Notes: generated from the letters alone by a model not told the origin. A stretch of 64,000 nt of DNA from Sedimentisphaerales bacterium (GCA_963708075.1 OY970194.1:5600001-5664000); one strand, 5' to 3'. Counted from the stretch's first letter, positions 29,553-39,682 are shown. Numbers and translations: made by a program.

Positions 29553-30545
29553 CTACGGTTCCGTGGGCTTCTCGGGTTCCTTCTTGCTCATCTGGGTCTG
29601 GCTCAGGGCGGCCAGGCCGGTGATGGCGCCGAGGTTCATGGTGTCGAGGGCCGAGCTGGGGACGATGATCATCGAACCCTTCTCCTTGAGACCCTCGAAC
29701 AGCATGTTCATACCGCGAAGGTGCATGGCCCCCGGATTCGACTCGTATTGCTTGGCGGCTTGAGCGAACTTCTCGGCGATTTCGGTCTCCGCCGTGCCGA
29801 GGATGATTCGCGCCTGGCGCTCGCGCTCCGCCTGGGCCTGCTTGGACATCGCCGCCTCCAGGTCCTTGGGGATGATGATGTCGCGAATTTCTACCGACTG
29901 CACGGTGATGCCCCAGGGGTTGGTCTTCTCATCGAGGATTTCGCGCAGCCGACGGCCGAGTTCCCCGCGGTGAGTGAGCATGTCGGCGAGCTCATGCGTG
30001 CCGATGATGTCCCGCAGGGCCGTCTGGGCCGACAGCACGATGGCCAGGTAGAAATTCTGGACTTCCAGGACCGCCTTTTTCGCGTCCCAGACCATCCAGA
30101 AGCAGATCGCGTCGACGTTCACGGGTACGGTGTCCTTCGTCAGGGTCGATTCCGAGCTGAAATCGGTCGAGCGGATACGCATATCGACGATCTGGGCGAT
30201 GCTCTCGATAACGGGGATGATGAAGAACATGCCCGGGCCCTTGAGCCGGTGGAACTTGCCCAGCCGCAGGATCAGGACACGCTCCCACTGCCTGGCCACC
30301 TTCATGCTCAGTAGCATGAGGACTGCCACGAGGATCGTGACGGTCATAATACGGGCATCCAATGGCTCCAGACTGCCCTGCATCAGCCAGTGCACCCCTA
30401 ACCCCGCGGCCACAATGATGGCCGCCGCCAGCCAGGCAACGAACGGGATGTGCACCCCGGGGTTCCATTGCTGCATTCCGCTGTAGAGCTGCGAAAGTGA
30501 ACTAATCGCGTCTGCTGATGTTGTCTTCGCCTTGTTCTGTGCCAT
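29553..30545 (-). CDS. SPFH/stomatin (slipin) family membrane protein
   Basis: 'QWER...RLGKF..LKGPG','TKDTVPVNVDA','PWGITVQSVEIRDI','QAQAERERQAR'. Confidence 0.92.
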   Translation of the reverse strand: MAQNKAKTTSADAISSLSQLYSGMQQWNPGVHIPFVAWLAAAIIVAAGLGVHWLMQGSLEPLDARIMTVTILVAVLMLLSMKVARQWERVLILRLGKFHRLKGPGMFFIIPVIESIAQIVDMRIRSTDFSSESTLTKDTVPVNVDAICFWMVWDAKKAVLEVQNFYLAIVLSAQTALRDIIGTHELADMLTHRGELGRRLREILDEKTNPWGITVQSVEIRDIIIPKDLEAAMSKQAQAERERQARIILGTAETEIAEKFAQAAKQYESNPGAMHLRGMNMLFEGLKEKGSMIIVPSSALDTMNLGAITGLAALSQTQMSKKEPEKPTEP

Positions 30546-30915
30546 GGTTAAGTCTCCCTTGCAGATGCTCAACAATGTCTTTGAGCGTCAGGTTGTATTG
30601 ATGTCCGCGAGCGACCAGCTCGTCACAAATCTGTTCCAACATGCGGCGTTGTTCCGCCTCGCCGATCTCGATCTGCTGGTCGCCGACGAAAGTGCCGGTG
30701 CCTTGCTCCGTATTGAGAATGCCGAGCAGCTCGAGGTCCGAGTAGGCCTTCCTCACCGTGTTGGGATTGACCTCGAGCTGGACAGCCAGCTCTCGTACCG
30801 TGGGCAACTGCTCGCCGGGGAGCAGTCGCCCCGAGGCAATCCCGTAGCGGATCTGATCGACAATCTGCCGGTGAAACGGCACGCCGCTCTTGAGATCCAG
30901 TTTGAAGTCAACCAT
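30502..30915 (-). CDS. GntR family regulator, YtrA subfamily
   Basis: 'P..RQIVDQI...IASG.L.PGEQLPTVRELA..L.VNPNTV.KAY..LE..G...GTGTFV'; short C-terminal domain. Confidence 0.92.
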   Translation of the reverse strand: MVDFKLDLKSGVPFHRQIVDQIRYGIASGRLLPGEQLPTVRELAVQLEVNPNTVRKAYSDLELLGILNTEQGTGTFVGDQQIEIGEAEQRRMLEQICDELVARGHQYNLTLKDIVEHLQGRLNHGTEQGEDNISRRD

Positions 30916-30959
30916 TTGCTGTCTCCATTCACTTACGTTCACCAGAGCTTTAGAAGTAC

Positions 30960-30998
30960 AGTGTACTATTATTCTATAACACTATACGCAGCGGTCAA
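30960..30998 (-). promoter_or_regulatory. Putative YtrA-type operator overlapping the promoter of the gntR operon
   Basis: AT-rich imperfect palindrome AGTGTACTA-TTATTC-TATAACACT (30960-30983); minus strand TTGACC...TAGAAT. Confidence 0.6.
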
Positions 30999-31166
30999 TA
31001 GTAAGTGCCGCTTTCTCTCAAGAATTGCCACTCTTTCCCCTCTCGGAGGTTTGTAAGTGCTTGTTATACAATTACTTAAGGCTGTGCAAGACGCGATGAA
31101 AAAAAATCAGGACTGGTCTCCAAATGGCGGGAGTAATCGCGTGGGAGCGTTTCTCATACATGCGTT

Positions 31167-31587
31167 AGAGACTATCTCAAGACCGCACTCCGGCTTGTCA
31201 TTGCGAGCGTGGCGAAGCAATCTCCCACGCATAGGATTGAGATTGCCTCGTTGCTGCGCTCCTCCTAAGAAAACAGGTTGGGTTCGTCCCAAGTTGTTGA
31301 GTTTTGGGTGGCAGCGTCAAGCGCAGCTTGGCGATGGTCTTGCCCATTCGCCATCGCCAAGGCCTTCGGCCTTGACGCTGCCACCCGACTGCACAGCTTG
31401 CACAGGCTCGATCTCAAGGATTTGGGACGAACCCAACAGGTTTGGCCAAGAACGGGACGAGTTGGTGTAAATACCGGGTACATCTTGAGTTACAGGGGGA
31501 CTCGTCACAGAGGCTGTTTCTTCCCGATACCAGCCGCCCAGCGGCGCAGGGACTCGCAATGACATTCACCGTTTTGAGACAGTCTCT
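31167..31587. mobile_element. Nested non-autonomous MITE/REP composite
   Basis: Concentric IRs at 31167-31180/31574-31587, 31197-31207/31553-31563, 31277-31292/31422-31437 and 31306/31386. Confidence 0.7.
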
Positions 31588-31663
31588 TAAACGTTCCCCA
31601 GGTTCTTCAGGTCATCGTCACACGAGTGGTCACAAGCATCTGGCGGAATCAGCAAATTTCTTC

Positions 31664-31696
31664 TTGATAGCTTTACAACTGTAGAGTACTCTCGTA
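31664..31696 (+). promoter_or_regulatory. blaI promoter with BlaI/MecI/CopY-type operator
   Basis: TACA-AC-TGTA at 31674-31683 lies between TTGATA (-35) and TACTCT (-10, 17-bp spacer); degenerate second box TACT-CT-CGTA. Confidence 0.75.
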
Positions 31697-31721
31697 AGCG
31701 TTAGAGCGAAAGGAGGTTCTC

Positions 31722-32120
31722 ATGGCTGCAAAACAATACGAGCTGACTGAGGCGGAATGGGACATCATCGAGGTGGTCTGGAAGCACGAGCCCTGCGCCG
31801 CCCCGACCGTCCAGGAGGAACTGGCCGCTCGCAAGAAGTGGACATATAGCACCGTGAAAACCCTGATGGACCGCATGGTCGCCAAGGGTTTTCTCACAAC
31901 CGAGCGCATTCGCAACCTGATCCTGTACCGCTCGGCGATCAGTCAAGAGGATGCGCAGCGGGGCGAGCTCATGCGCACCGCCAAGCGTGCCTTCGGCGGG
32001 ACTTTCACTCCCATGATGCAGTTCATGCTGGACGACAACACGCTCTCCGAGCGGGAGCTGGAGAACCTGGAGGAGATGATCCGCAAGAAACGCCGGCCGG
32101 AGAGAACGGGCACGAAGTGA
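31722..32120 (+). CDS. BlaI/MecI/CopY family repressor
   Basis: 'LTEAEWDIIEVVW','WTYSTVKTLMDRMVAKG','FGG'; AAGGAGG RBS. Confidence 0.93.
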   Translation: MAAKQYELTEAEWDIIEVVWKHEPCAAPTVQEELAARKKWTYSTVKTLMDRMVAKGFLTTERIRNLILYRSAISQEDAQRGELMRTAKRAFGGTFTPMMQFMLDDNTLSERELENLEEMIRKKRRPERTGTK

Positions 32121-32126
32121 TAGTCC

Positions 32127-35100
32127 ATGCAGCGAGACATTCCGATGGATGTGCTTAGAAGCGGAGATGCGATCATGAACGTGGTAGTGGAAACGATCAA
32201 TGGAGCCGGCGGGGCATTCGTTGATTTCGCCTTGCCCATGCTCGTGCAGTCCAGTGTGCTCGTCGTGATTCTGCTGCTTGTCGATGCCGCACTGCGGAAG
32301 CGCGTGCGTGCGGTGTTTCGCTACTGGATCTGGATGCTGGTGCTCGCGAAACTCGTGCTCCCTGCGTCGCTGGGGTCGCCGGTGAGCATCGGCAGGTGGC
32401 TTGGCGATCCGCTGACGGCGCCGACAGTCGCTTTATACGAGCTGAGCGAGCGACAGCCGACAGCACCGACTGCAGAACCTCGCTCTGTAGCGGACAGTGT
32501 GCTCTCGCACGACCCTCCCACGTTCCTCGTGAAACCCGCATCGCCTACGGAAGATCGCTACTTGCCGGCCGCGCACCCTCAAGCTGCCGGCACGCAGGCC
32601 GGGATGGACCCCGAGCCGCTGTCCGGTTCGGTGGCGATCCCATCTACTCCGGCGCCGGCTCCCTCGTTGAGTTGGCAGGGTCTTGTGCTTCTGTCCTGGG
32701 CGGCGGTGGCGGCCGCTCTACTGCTGTTGCTGCTGTGGCGCAGTTTCTTCGTGCGAGGTCTCGTCGCACAAGCGGACGAGACAAGTGCCGCCATGGTGAG
32801 TGACCTGAACCAGTGCCGCAGGCGAATTGGCATGCGAAGAGAGGTGGCACTGAAGCTCTCCGCGATCGCGGGCAGCCCGGCCGCATGCGGGCTGATTCAT
32901 CCCGTGATTCTGATCCCGCAGCATCTGGCGCCGAGGCTGGCAGCGCATGATCTGCAGGCGGTCCTGCTTCACGAGCTGGCGCATATCAAGCGGGGCGACT
33001 TGTGGATCAATCTTGCCCAGACGCTCCTGCAGATCGTGTATTTCTATAATCCGCTGCTGTGGCTGGCGAACGCGATCATCCGCCGGACGCGCGAGCAGGC
33101 CGTCGATGAAGCGGTCCTCGTCGCCATGGGCGAGGCCGCACCACGATACCCCGAAACCCTGGTCAACGTCGCAAAGCTGGCCTTTCGAAAGCGTCCGGGC
33201 CTGAGCCTGCGTCTGATCGGCGTGGTCGAATCCAAAAGCGCCCTGTCCGCCCGGATCAAGCACATTCTCACTCGCCCCATTCCGAAATCCGCCAAGCTCG
33301 GCCTGCTCGGACTGCTCGCCATCTTCATCATCGCGGTCGTGCTGCTGCCCATGGCCGAGATGCTCGAACCCCTCGCCACAGTCGTGAATGACGGCCCGCT
33401 GGATATCCGCTTCCTTGGCGTCTGTCCCGATCAAAGCAGCGACATCCTGGATGGCGACGGCGGGAAGATCGCGCCGGTAGCCTACCCGCGGACAGGCCGG
33501 GCAGCGTGGGAGCCGGACACCCTCCGGCGCGATTTCCTCTTCGAGCTGCCGGAAGCGAATGAGCCCATCTTGTTCTCCCATCACCGACTCGTCAGTGTGG
33601 CAGGCGAGGATATACGGCTTCATCAGTCAGATGCCAGCCCTCTCTATCCGGTAGTGGTTGATGGGCGAAAAGTCGCTGCCGTGGAAACCTACATACCGCG
33701 GGTCTATCGCAAGTTGATGCTGCGATTCTTCCGCCGCACGCTTGCGATTCAAAGGGTGGATGTGACGCTGAAGTACTTCTACGGACCGCCTCGGCAAACC
33801 CTCGTCAGTTTTCAAGGTCCATTTGCCGAAGGTCAGGTCCTTGCCGACGCGCAGATGCCGGGGGCCAAGCTGACAGTCCTGCCGGAACAAGCCTATAGCC
33901 GGTCGGTCGAACAGGGTGCGTCCTTCCGTCTGGATCTGCCGTTCGAGCTGGATTACGGCACGCCCGTCCTCGTGTACGACACGGAGGGCAAGCGGAGTCC
34001 GGCCTGGGCCTCAACCATGTCAACCGGCGGTAGGACAACGACATTGGAGTTTCACAACTATCCGCAGTACTTGTCCCTGTCGAATGTGGCCCGCGTCGCC
34101 GTTGAGAAGCCCTACGCATTCACAGTTCGGAACGTCCGCGTGAATTACCCGGACCGTCCGCCCCGGGCTTATGCGGCGTATGTGGATGCCATGGCGCAGC
34201 GCCTTGGCTGGACCGGCACGCCGGAGCAACTCGCAGAGCACCAGACCCTGGATCCTCAGCAGGCAATCAAGGTGATCGATGTTGTCGAGGGTGGGTACAT
34301 CCCGGCGACCCTCCAGGCCCTGAAATACGGACCTCGACGCGTCAAGATATCCGGTCTGGATCGGGCGACGCGGGAGAGGATTCACCAGACCGCCGCCCGG
34401 TGGATCGAATCCGGTTACAGACCCTATGGGATTCAGTTGGGTCTGATGGGACAGTGGCCCGAGTTTCTCGACATGGCCATCGAGGAACTCGCAAACCGGA
34501 GGCCGACCGGCGAGTACTCTTACCAGGAACGTGCCCGAATCGATGAGAGTCGCTCCGTTGCCAGTGCCCTGCAGCAATCTGAGCTTGAACTGAATGCCTC
34601 TCAGGTGGAGAAGCTCAAGCAAATTGTCCTCAACACCGACGATGGTCGGATCCAGGTCATGCTGTTGTGGTGTCTTGCAAGTACCGACACGCCGGAGGCG
34701 ATTGCTGCTTTGTGGGAGCTGGCCCAGGACGACAGGCCCTGGATATGGTGGAAGGCAACCGAGATGTGGCACTCCCGTACGGCGCGGACCCGCCGCGGGT
34801 ATGACGATCTGCCTGGGAAGATGAGGCTGCGATTGTTCCTGACCAGCGGCATTCCAGTGGATGCGAAGCTGAAGGCCGAGGCCTCGGCGCTCCTGCCGCA
34901 GATCTTCACGCCGGAGCTGGGCCAAATGACCTCGGAGGTATGGCGCATCGTTCATGAGAAGATCGCCAGTGGATCCGACAGGAAAGCAGGCACGGAAGCT
35001 TTTCTCAATTACCTGCGTCAAATGCAGTCTGCCATGACCGAGCGCCTGTGGGTCGGCAATTATGGTTACGCGAACGATGCAACGTGGATGGTAGCCCATG

Positions 35101-38100
35101 TAATAAGAACGCTGAACGTCTGGTACGGCGTTGACATCGGTCATCTCGGGACCGTGGAGGCAAAGGAGTGGCACGAGACGAAACCGAATACCTTTTCCGA
35201 CTTTCAGAATCTCATCGCTCAGGTCCTTCAATGGCATGAGGGCAATCGTGATGCTGAGCCTCTTGAGGTGACCTTTCGGGGCAAGGTGGTGGATACCGCC
35301 GGAAGGCCTATCGCGATGGCGGAGCTTGGCCTCACCCGAGCGGAGGATTACGTAGACGCGCGTGGGCAGTCCAGCCAACGCCAGGTTGATGCGGGGCAGT
35401 GCCGCACCGACACTGCCGGCGGCTTCGTGTTCAGCAAGCTGCGGAACACCAGCCACGCTCTGCGTGTCGCGGCGGAGGGCTTTGTCACACTGGAACACGT
35501 GTCTGTCACCCGGCTGCCGGATGGTCGGTTCCGGATCAGCGAGGGCACGGACAACACGATTGTCATGGAGAAACCGGCGTCGCTGTCCGGCAGGGTGACC
35601 GGGCCTGACGGCCGGCCGATGGCCAATGTCCGGGTGGAACTATGGCGCTGTCCCTCCGATCGCTACTTTCATCCGGACCCACCCGTGACGGACGCCGAGG
35701 GCCGCTTCACCGCCGGCTCGCTCATATCGGGCGACTACCTTGTGCAGCATCGTGGCATCGAACGGCCCCCCGACAGGGGAGAGTTTACGAGCGCCAAGGC
35801 GTTTCAACTTGTCGTCGTCGAGGAAGGCCAGGCCGTCGAGAACGTGATCCTCGACCTGCGTCACTCCACCTGCTCCCTCGAATTCGAGATCGTGGACCGC
35901 GACGATCAACCCATCCTCGGCGAGAGCGTGGCCTTACTGGTCCCGCTCCCCTCCGACAGTGGCTCCTTCGCGACGATCTCCGGCGCTCATCGTGTGCCGG
36001 CCAAGTCCGTTCACCGGCTCGACAGTCTCCCGCCGATGGATGGGTTTCTCAGCGTGTACACCGGCGGGCAGGGCCCCAAACGCGTCGAGGCGCGTCTTCG
36101 TCCGAATCAGACCACGCGCTGTCGGGTGAAGTTCAACCTGGCTGCGGCGGAAATGGAGATACCGGTCCCTCCGCGTGAGTCGCAGGCCCGGTACGAGGTG
36201 TCGCTGCCCAATGGCATCAAGGTGGCACTGCTCGGCTTGAAGGATGCTCGCGCGGCGGACAATGTGTGGTGGGCGCCTGACGGGTCACCGCTGCCGGAAC
36301 CTGTACACACCCGGAATCTCGGCGTTTACGGCCCGCCCGGCGACGCCTTCCGCCTCGAGGACACAGTGGAGCGGGAGATCGCGTTCAGACTGACCGGCGC
36401 AACGGACCCGAACGTATCGCCTGTCTTTGAGCTCCACGTGTTGAGCTCAGGAGCGGGGCCGGTGCCGGTGAGCAGCTATCGCCATTCGCTGATTGCGCGC
36501 GCCGCGGGCACGCATCTTCGCAGCGAGAACATCATCGTGCCTCGGGAGGCGAAGGGGGGCGATCTCCGCATCGGCTTCGACGTGCGGGATGAGGATGAGT
36601 TATGGAAAGACCGGCCCCGGCGCATGTGGGCAAGCTTCATCCATGTCACGTTTCAGCCCGGCGTCAAGACGCACACTATGGCCGGCTATTCCATGCCTGC
36701 CCCAACCCGACGGCTGGAGCCGGCAGAGCTGGACAGAGTGCAGCGGTATGTCTCCGTGGCGGCGACTCCTCTGCAACAGGGTGGCTATTATGGATTGCCG
36801 AAGAACGCCCCCGTTACTCTGTTTGATGTTACCAATGCTGCTCGATTTGAGCCGAAGCGCACGGCTGACGCGTTCCTCGAAGTCGTGCGGCAAGTCGATC
36901 TGGGCGAAACCAGGGCTCGGCTGATCTACAGCCGCAACATCGAGGGCCTGTTCAACGGCAAAGAAGCGGATATCCGCCTCGAGCCCGGCGACACCATCCT
37001 CGGCAGCTACGCTGAGAGCCCGCGCGGCGAAAAGACTCCCGCGCAGTACCGGTTCGGCGACGTCATCACAGTCGCTCTGCCGGATGAGAACAATCGACCG
37101 GGCCCGTTCATCGATCTCGACACCGGCAAGCTCCATCATCCTCCTGCCGGCCTCGACACGCGCGACAGCGATGCATTCGGCGCGTGGATGGCGGCCAATT
37201 CGATCGACGCTCGCTTCGAACGCGCGCCGCCCGTCCAGGGTCTGGTTGGCCTCACCATGCTGGCCCTGGAGGTGGACGACCGATTGTGGTCCGGCGCCAC
37301 CGGCATCCACGACCGACTCCTGACGAAAGCCGAGGTCCCCGTCCTGCTCAGCGGCGACGACTACCCGCCCACCACGTATCTGATCAAGACGGATCAACAG
37401 AGAACAGGCATCCTGCAAATCCTCGACCCCGCCGCTGGCCCGGACGGAACGAGCATCCGGTACAAATTCCTGCAGGACCCGCCCGGCACAAGCGATTCCC
37501 AGCCGTCCGACACACAGATCGTCCACGACATCGGTCCCAGCCAGAGCCACGCCCGCACCGGTAACTCCACCGATGCCGACGCCGCCGACCCACGGTGGAT
37601 TGGCCTTGTGGGAGATGATCAGGCAGGATCGGGCGAGGCTTTGCGGGAAATCTTGGGCGTCGTGGTGGACCCGAATGGGCGGCCGATTGCGGACGCCTGG
37701 GTCACTGTGGAGAACAAGGACCTGCTGCTGGAGCCCGAGCCTAAGAAGTTTGGCTTGCTGATGCATCTGGTCGTGCGCGAGGACACGGCGCAATCAGATT
37801 CCACAGGCCGTTTCGTACTCACCGGTCTCCGCCCCGGTGCCACGGATATCCGCGTCTGGGCGGACGGGCACCGTACGGAGCTGGTGCAAGCCGTCCCCGC
37901 CGGGACGATGGACCTGCGGGTCGTCCTGGAAGAGCCGCGGCCGTACACGGTGTCGGGCGTCGTGGTGGACAGCCGGGGCATGCCGCTCGGCGAGGCAAGC
38001 GTCACGCTCGTGAGCGAGCTGTTCACTGCGCAGGATGCGGGCAAGGCCGTACCCCCGGTGACGGTCCGCACCGATGCGAACGGCACGTTCCGGTTCAGTG

Positions 38101-38114
38101 AGACGTTTCAATGA
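32127..38114 (+). CDS. Giant BlaR1/M56 peptidase-family sensor with carboxypeptidase-regulatory-like repeats (probable start 32175)
   Basis: 'RYWIWMLVLAKL','HELAHIKRGD','YNPLLW','REQAVDE'; repeated 'G.VVD..G.PIA.A.V...TD..GRF' modules. Confidence 0.88.
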   Translation: MQRDIPMDVLRSGDAIMNVVVETINGAGGAFVDFALPMLVQSSVLVVILLLVDAALRKRVRAVFRYWIWMLVLAKLVLPASLGSPVSIGRWLGDPLTAPTVALYELSERQPTAPTAEPRSVADSVLSHDPPTFLVKPASPTEDRYLPAAHPQAAGTQAGMDPEPLSGSVAIPSTPAPAPSLSWQGLVLLSWAAVAAALLLLLLWRSFFVRGLVAQADETSAAMVSDLNQCRRRIGMRREVALKLSAIAGSPAACGLIHPVILIPQHLAPRLAAHDLQAVLLHELAHIKRGDLWINLAQTLLQIVYFYNPLLWLANAIIRRTREQAVDEAVLVAMGEAAPRYPETLVNVAKLAFRKRPGLSLRLIGVVESKSALSARIKHILTRPIPKSAKLGLLGLLAIFIIAVVLLPMAEMLEPLATVVNDGPLDIRFLGVCPDQSSDILDGDGGKIAPVAYPRTGRAAWEPDTLRRDFLFELPEANEPILFSHHRLVSVAGEDIRLHQSDASPLYPVVVDGRKVAAVETYIPRVYRKLMLRFFRRTLAIQRVDVTLKYFYGPPRQTLVSFQGPFAEGQVLADAQMPGAKLTVLPEQAYSRSVEQGASFRLDLPFELDYGTPVLVYDTEGKRSPAWASTMSTGGRTTTLEFHNYPQYLSLSNVARVAVEKPYAFTVRNVRVNYPDRPPRAYAAYVDAMAQRLGWTGTPEQLAEHQTLDPQQAIKVIDVVEGGYIPATLQALKYGPRRVKISGLDRATRERIHQTAARWIESGYRPYGIQLGLMGQWPEFLDMAIEELANRRPTGEYSYQERARIDESRSVASALQQSELELNASQVEKLKQIVLNTDDGRIQVMLLWCLASTDTPEAIAALWELAQDDRPWIWWKATEMWHSRTARTRRGYDDLPGKMRLRLFLTSGIPVDAKLKAEASALLPQIFTPELGQMTSEVWRIVHEKIASGSDRKAGTEAFLNYLRQMQSAMTERLWVGNYGYANDATWMVAHVIRTLNVWYGVDIGHLGTVEAKEWHETKPNTFSDFQNLIAQVLQWHEGNRDAEPLEVTFRGKVVDTAGRPIAMAELGLTRAEDYVDARGQSSQRQVDAGQCRTDTAGGFVFSKLRNTSHALRVAAEGFVTLEHVSVTRLPDGRFRISEGTDNTIVMEKPASLSGRVTGPDGRPMANVRVELWRCPSDRYFHPDPPVTDAEGRFTAGSLISGDYLVQHRGIERPPDRGEFTSAKAFQLVVVEEGQAVENVILDLRHSTCSLEFEIVDRDDQPILGESVALLVPLPSDSGSFATISGAHRVPAKSVHRLDSLPPMDGFLSVYTGGQGPKRVEARLRPNQTTRCRVKFNLAAAEMEIPVPPRESQARYEVSLPNGIKVALLGLKDARAADNVWWAPDGSPLPEPVHTRNLGVYGPPGDAFRLEDTVEREIAFRLTGATDPNVSPVFELHVLSSGAGPVPVSSYRHSLIARAAGTHLRSENIIVPREAKGGDLRIGFDVRDEDELWKDRPRRMWASFIHVTFQPGVKTHTMAGYSMPAPTRRLEPAELDRVQRYVSVAATPLQQGGYYGLPKNAPVTLFDVTNAARFEPKRTADAFLEVVRQVDLGETRARLIYSRNIEGLFNGKEADIRLEPGDTILGSYAESPRGEKTPAQYRFGDVITVALPDENNRPGPFIDLDTGKLHHPPAGLDTRDSDAFGAWMAANSIDARFERAPPVQGLVGLTMLALEVDDRLWSGATGIHDRLLTKAEVPVLLSGDDYPPTTYLIKTDQQRTGILQILDPAAGPDGTSIRYKFLQDPPGTSDSQPSDTQIVHDIGPSQSHARTGNSTDADAADPRWIGLVGDDQAGSGEALREILGVVVDPNGRPIADAWVTVENKDLLLEPEPKKFGLLMHLVVREDTAQSDSTGRFVLTGLRPGATDIRVWADGHRTELVQAVPAGTMDLRVVLEEPRPYTVSGVVVDSRGMPLGEASVTLVSELFTAQDAGKAVPPVTVRTDANGTFRFSETFQ

Positions 38115-38330
38115 GGCGATGTCCGCTCGATCCAGCGCACGCTCATCGCGCACAAGCAGGATTATGGCCTCAGCGGCACACGAGTGGATGGCACGGGGGG
38201 AGTACCATCGGTGCGGATCACGCTGGGGCCGGAGGAGAAGGTTTCAGGCACAGTGCTGAACGAAGCCGGCGAGCCGATTGCCAATGCGAAGGTCGCCCTG
38301 CTCTCCGCCTTCTGGAAACGCAGTGGTGCC
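38115..38330 (+). pseudogene. In-frame continuation of the M56 gene beyond the TGA
   Basis: Same frame reads GDVRSIQRTLIAHKQDYG...VRITLGPEEKVSGTVLNEAGEPIANAKV, completing one repeat and starting another. Confidence 0.6.
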
Positions 38331-38440
38331 TCTGGACGATGGCCGACGCGAATAAGGCAGATCCCAGGAACCCCTGTCTGCATCACTTCTGCGTCTGGCA
38401 ATCCGTGTTGGTCCGTGTGCGTCCGTGCAGGTCTGTGTTT

Positions 38441-38713
38441 TCACCCGAAGTTGTAATGCTTGCGCACGGCCTTCTCCACGCTCCAGATGCAGTCGAGGTC
38501 CTGCGGGAAGATGACCAGGTCGCCGGGACCGAAGCTGACGGATTCCTTGCCGTCCGAGATCGTAACCTTTCCCTCCAGAATAAAGCAGGTTTCCTTTTCC
38601 GTGTAGGACCAGTCGAACGTGCTCGGATCGCACGTCCAGATCGGCCAGCTCTTGCAGTGGGCGGCTTCTTCCTTCGTCGGCTTACGAACCACAATATCCC
38701 TGACGGTCGGCAT
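38441..38713 (-). CDS. Cupin domain protein (DUF861-like)
   Basis: 'WPIWTCDPSTFDWSY...ETCFILEG.V...GPGDLVIFP..L.C.W.V...VRKHY'. Confidence 0.9.
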   Translation of the reverse strand: MPTVRDIVVRKPTKEEAAHCKSWPIWTCDPSTFDWSYTEKETCFILEGKVTISDGKESVSFGPGDLVIFPQDLDCIWSVEKAVRKHYNFG

Positions 38714-38887
38714 CCTTGATACTCCTACCGATGCTATTGATAATCAAACATCCTTGGTCAACGGCTGTATTATATCGAGGCACGCGCGTTTGGGAACGAT
38801 GCGATGATTTTTCTTGAAAGCGGCCGGTCGTTCTCAGTACACTCGTGGCCTTTCCGGCGATATGGTTGATTTTGAGACACGAGGCAG

Positions 38888-39682
38888 ATGAAGCAGGAAC
38901 AGGTGGAGCGATTCAGGCGTTGGTTTGAGGAATATACAGCGCGTTTTCTGGGCGATGACGAATACGTCAACATCCACATCCAACTGAAGCAGGAGCACAC
39001 GAAGCGGACGTGCGAGGAGATTCTCTTCCTGGCGGAGCAGCTTGCCCTGGATGAGGGTCAGAAGTACGTGGCCGAGGTGGTTGCTTTGTTTCACGACATC
39101 GGCCGATTCCCGCAGTTCGCGAAGTATCGTACTTACAAGGATCACCGAAGCGTCGATCACTGCCGGCTGGGCGTCGAGGTGCTTGCTCAGGAGGGCGTTC
39201 TGGGCAGCCTGCGACGCGAGGAGAAGCAGTGGGTCGAGACGGCGGTCGAACATCATGGCCGCAAAGCCCTGCCGGCCGATCTGCGGGGCCAGGCCCTGCT
39301 GTTCGCCAAGTTGATCCGCGACGCGGACAAGCTCGACATCTACCGCATCGTGGTAAGCAGCTATCGGGCGTACCGCGAGAACCCCGCCAAGTTCTCGTTC
39401 GAGGTCGAGCTGCCTGACGAGCCGGGCTATTCGCCGCCCGTGCTCGATGCGATCATGAACGGAAGGGTCATCGATTACCACGACCTTCGCACGATGAACG
39501 ACATGAAACTCTGCCAGCTCGGCTGGGTCTACGACATGAATTTCCCCGCCACCCTCGAACGGCTCCGGCAGCGGGGATTCGTCCAAGATCTGCTTGGCTG
39601 CCTGCCACCGGGTGATGAGGTGCAGCGCGTCCGGCGGAAGATTCTGGAACACATTGAGTCGCGGCTGACATCCGTCTCGTAG
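38888..39682 (+). CDS. HD domain phosphohydrolase
   Basis: 'LKQEHT.R','LFHDIGRF.Q','SVDH','IRDADKLDI'. Confidence 0.88.
   Translation: MKQEQVERFRRWFEEYTARFLGDDEYVNIHIQLKQEHTKRTCEEILFLAEQLALDEGQKYVAEVVALFHDIGRFPQFAKYRTYKDHRSVDHCRLGVEVLAQEGVLGSLRREEKQWVETAVEHHGRKALPADLRGQALLFAKLIRDADKLDIYRIVVSSYRAYRENPAKFSFEVELPDEPGYSPPVLDAIMNGRVIDYHDLRTMNDMKLCQLGWVYDMNFPATLERLRQRGFVQDLLGCLPPGDEVQRVRRKILEHIESRLTSVS

Noticed and set aside
38112..38170. Selenocysteine at the in-frame TGA
   Set aside because: Not a redox Cys-type position, no convincing SECIS hairpin, and the frame loses similarity soon after.
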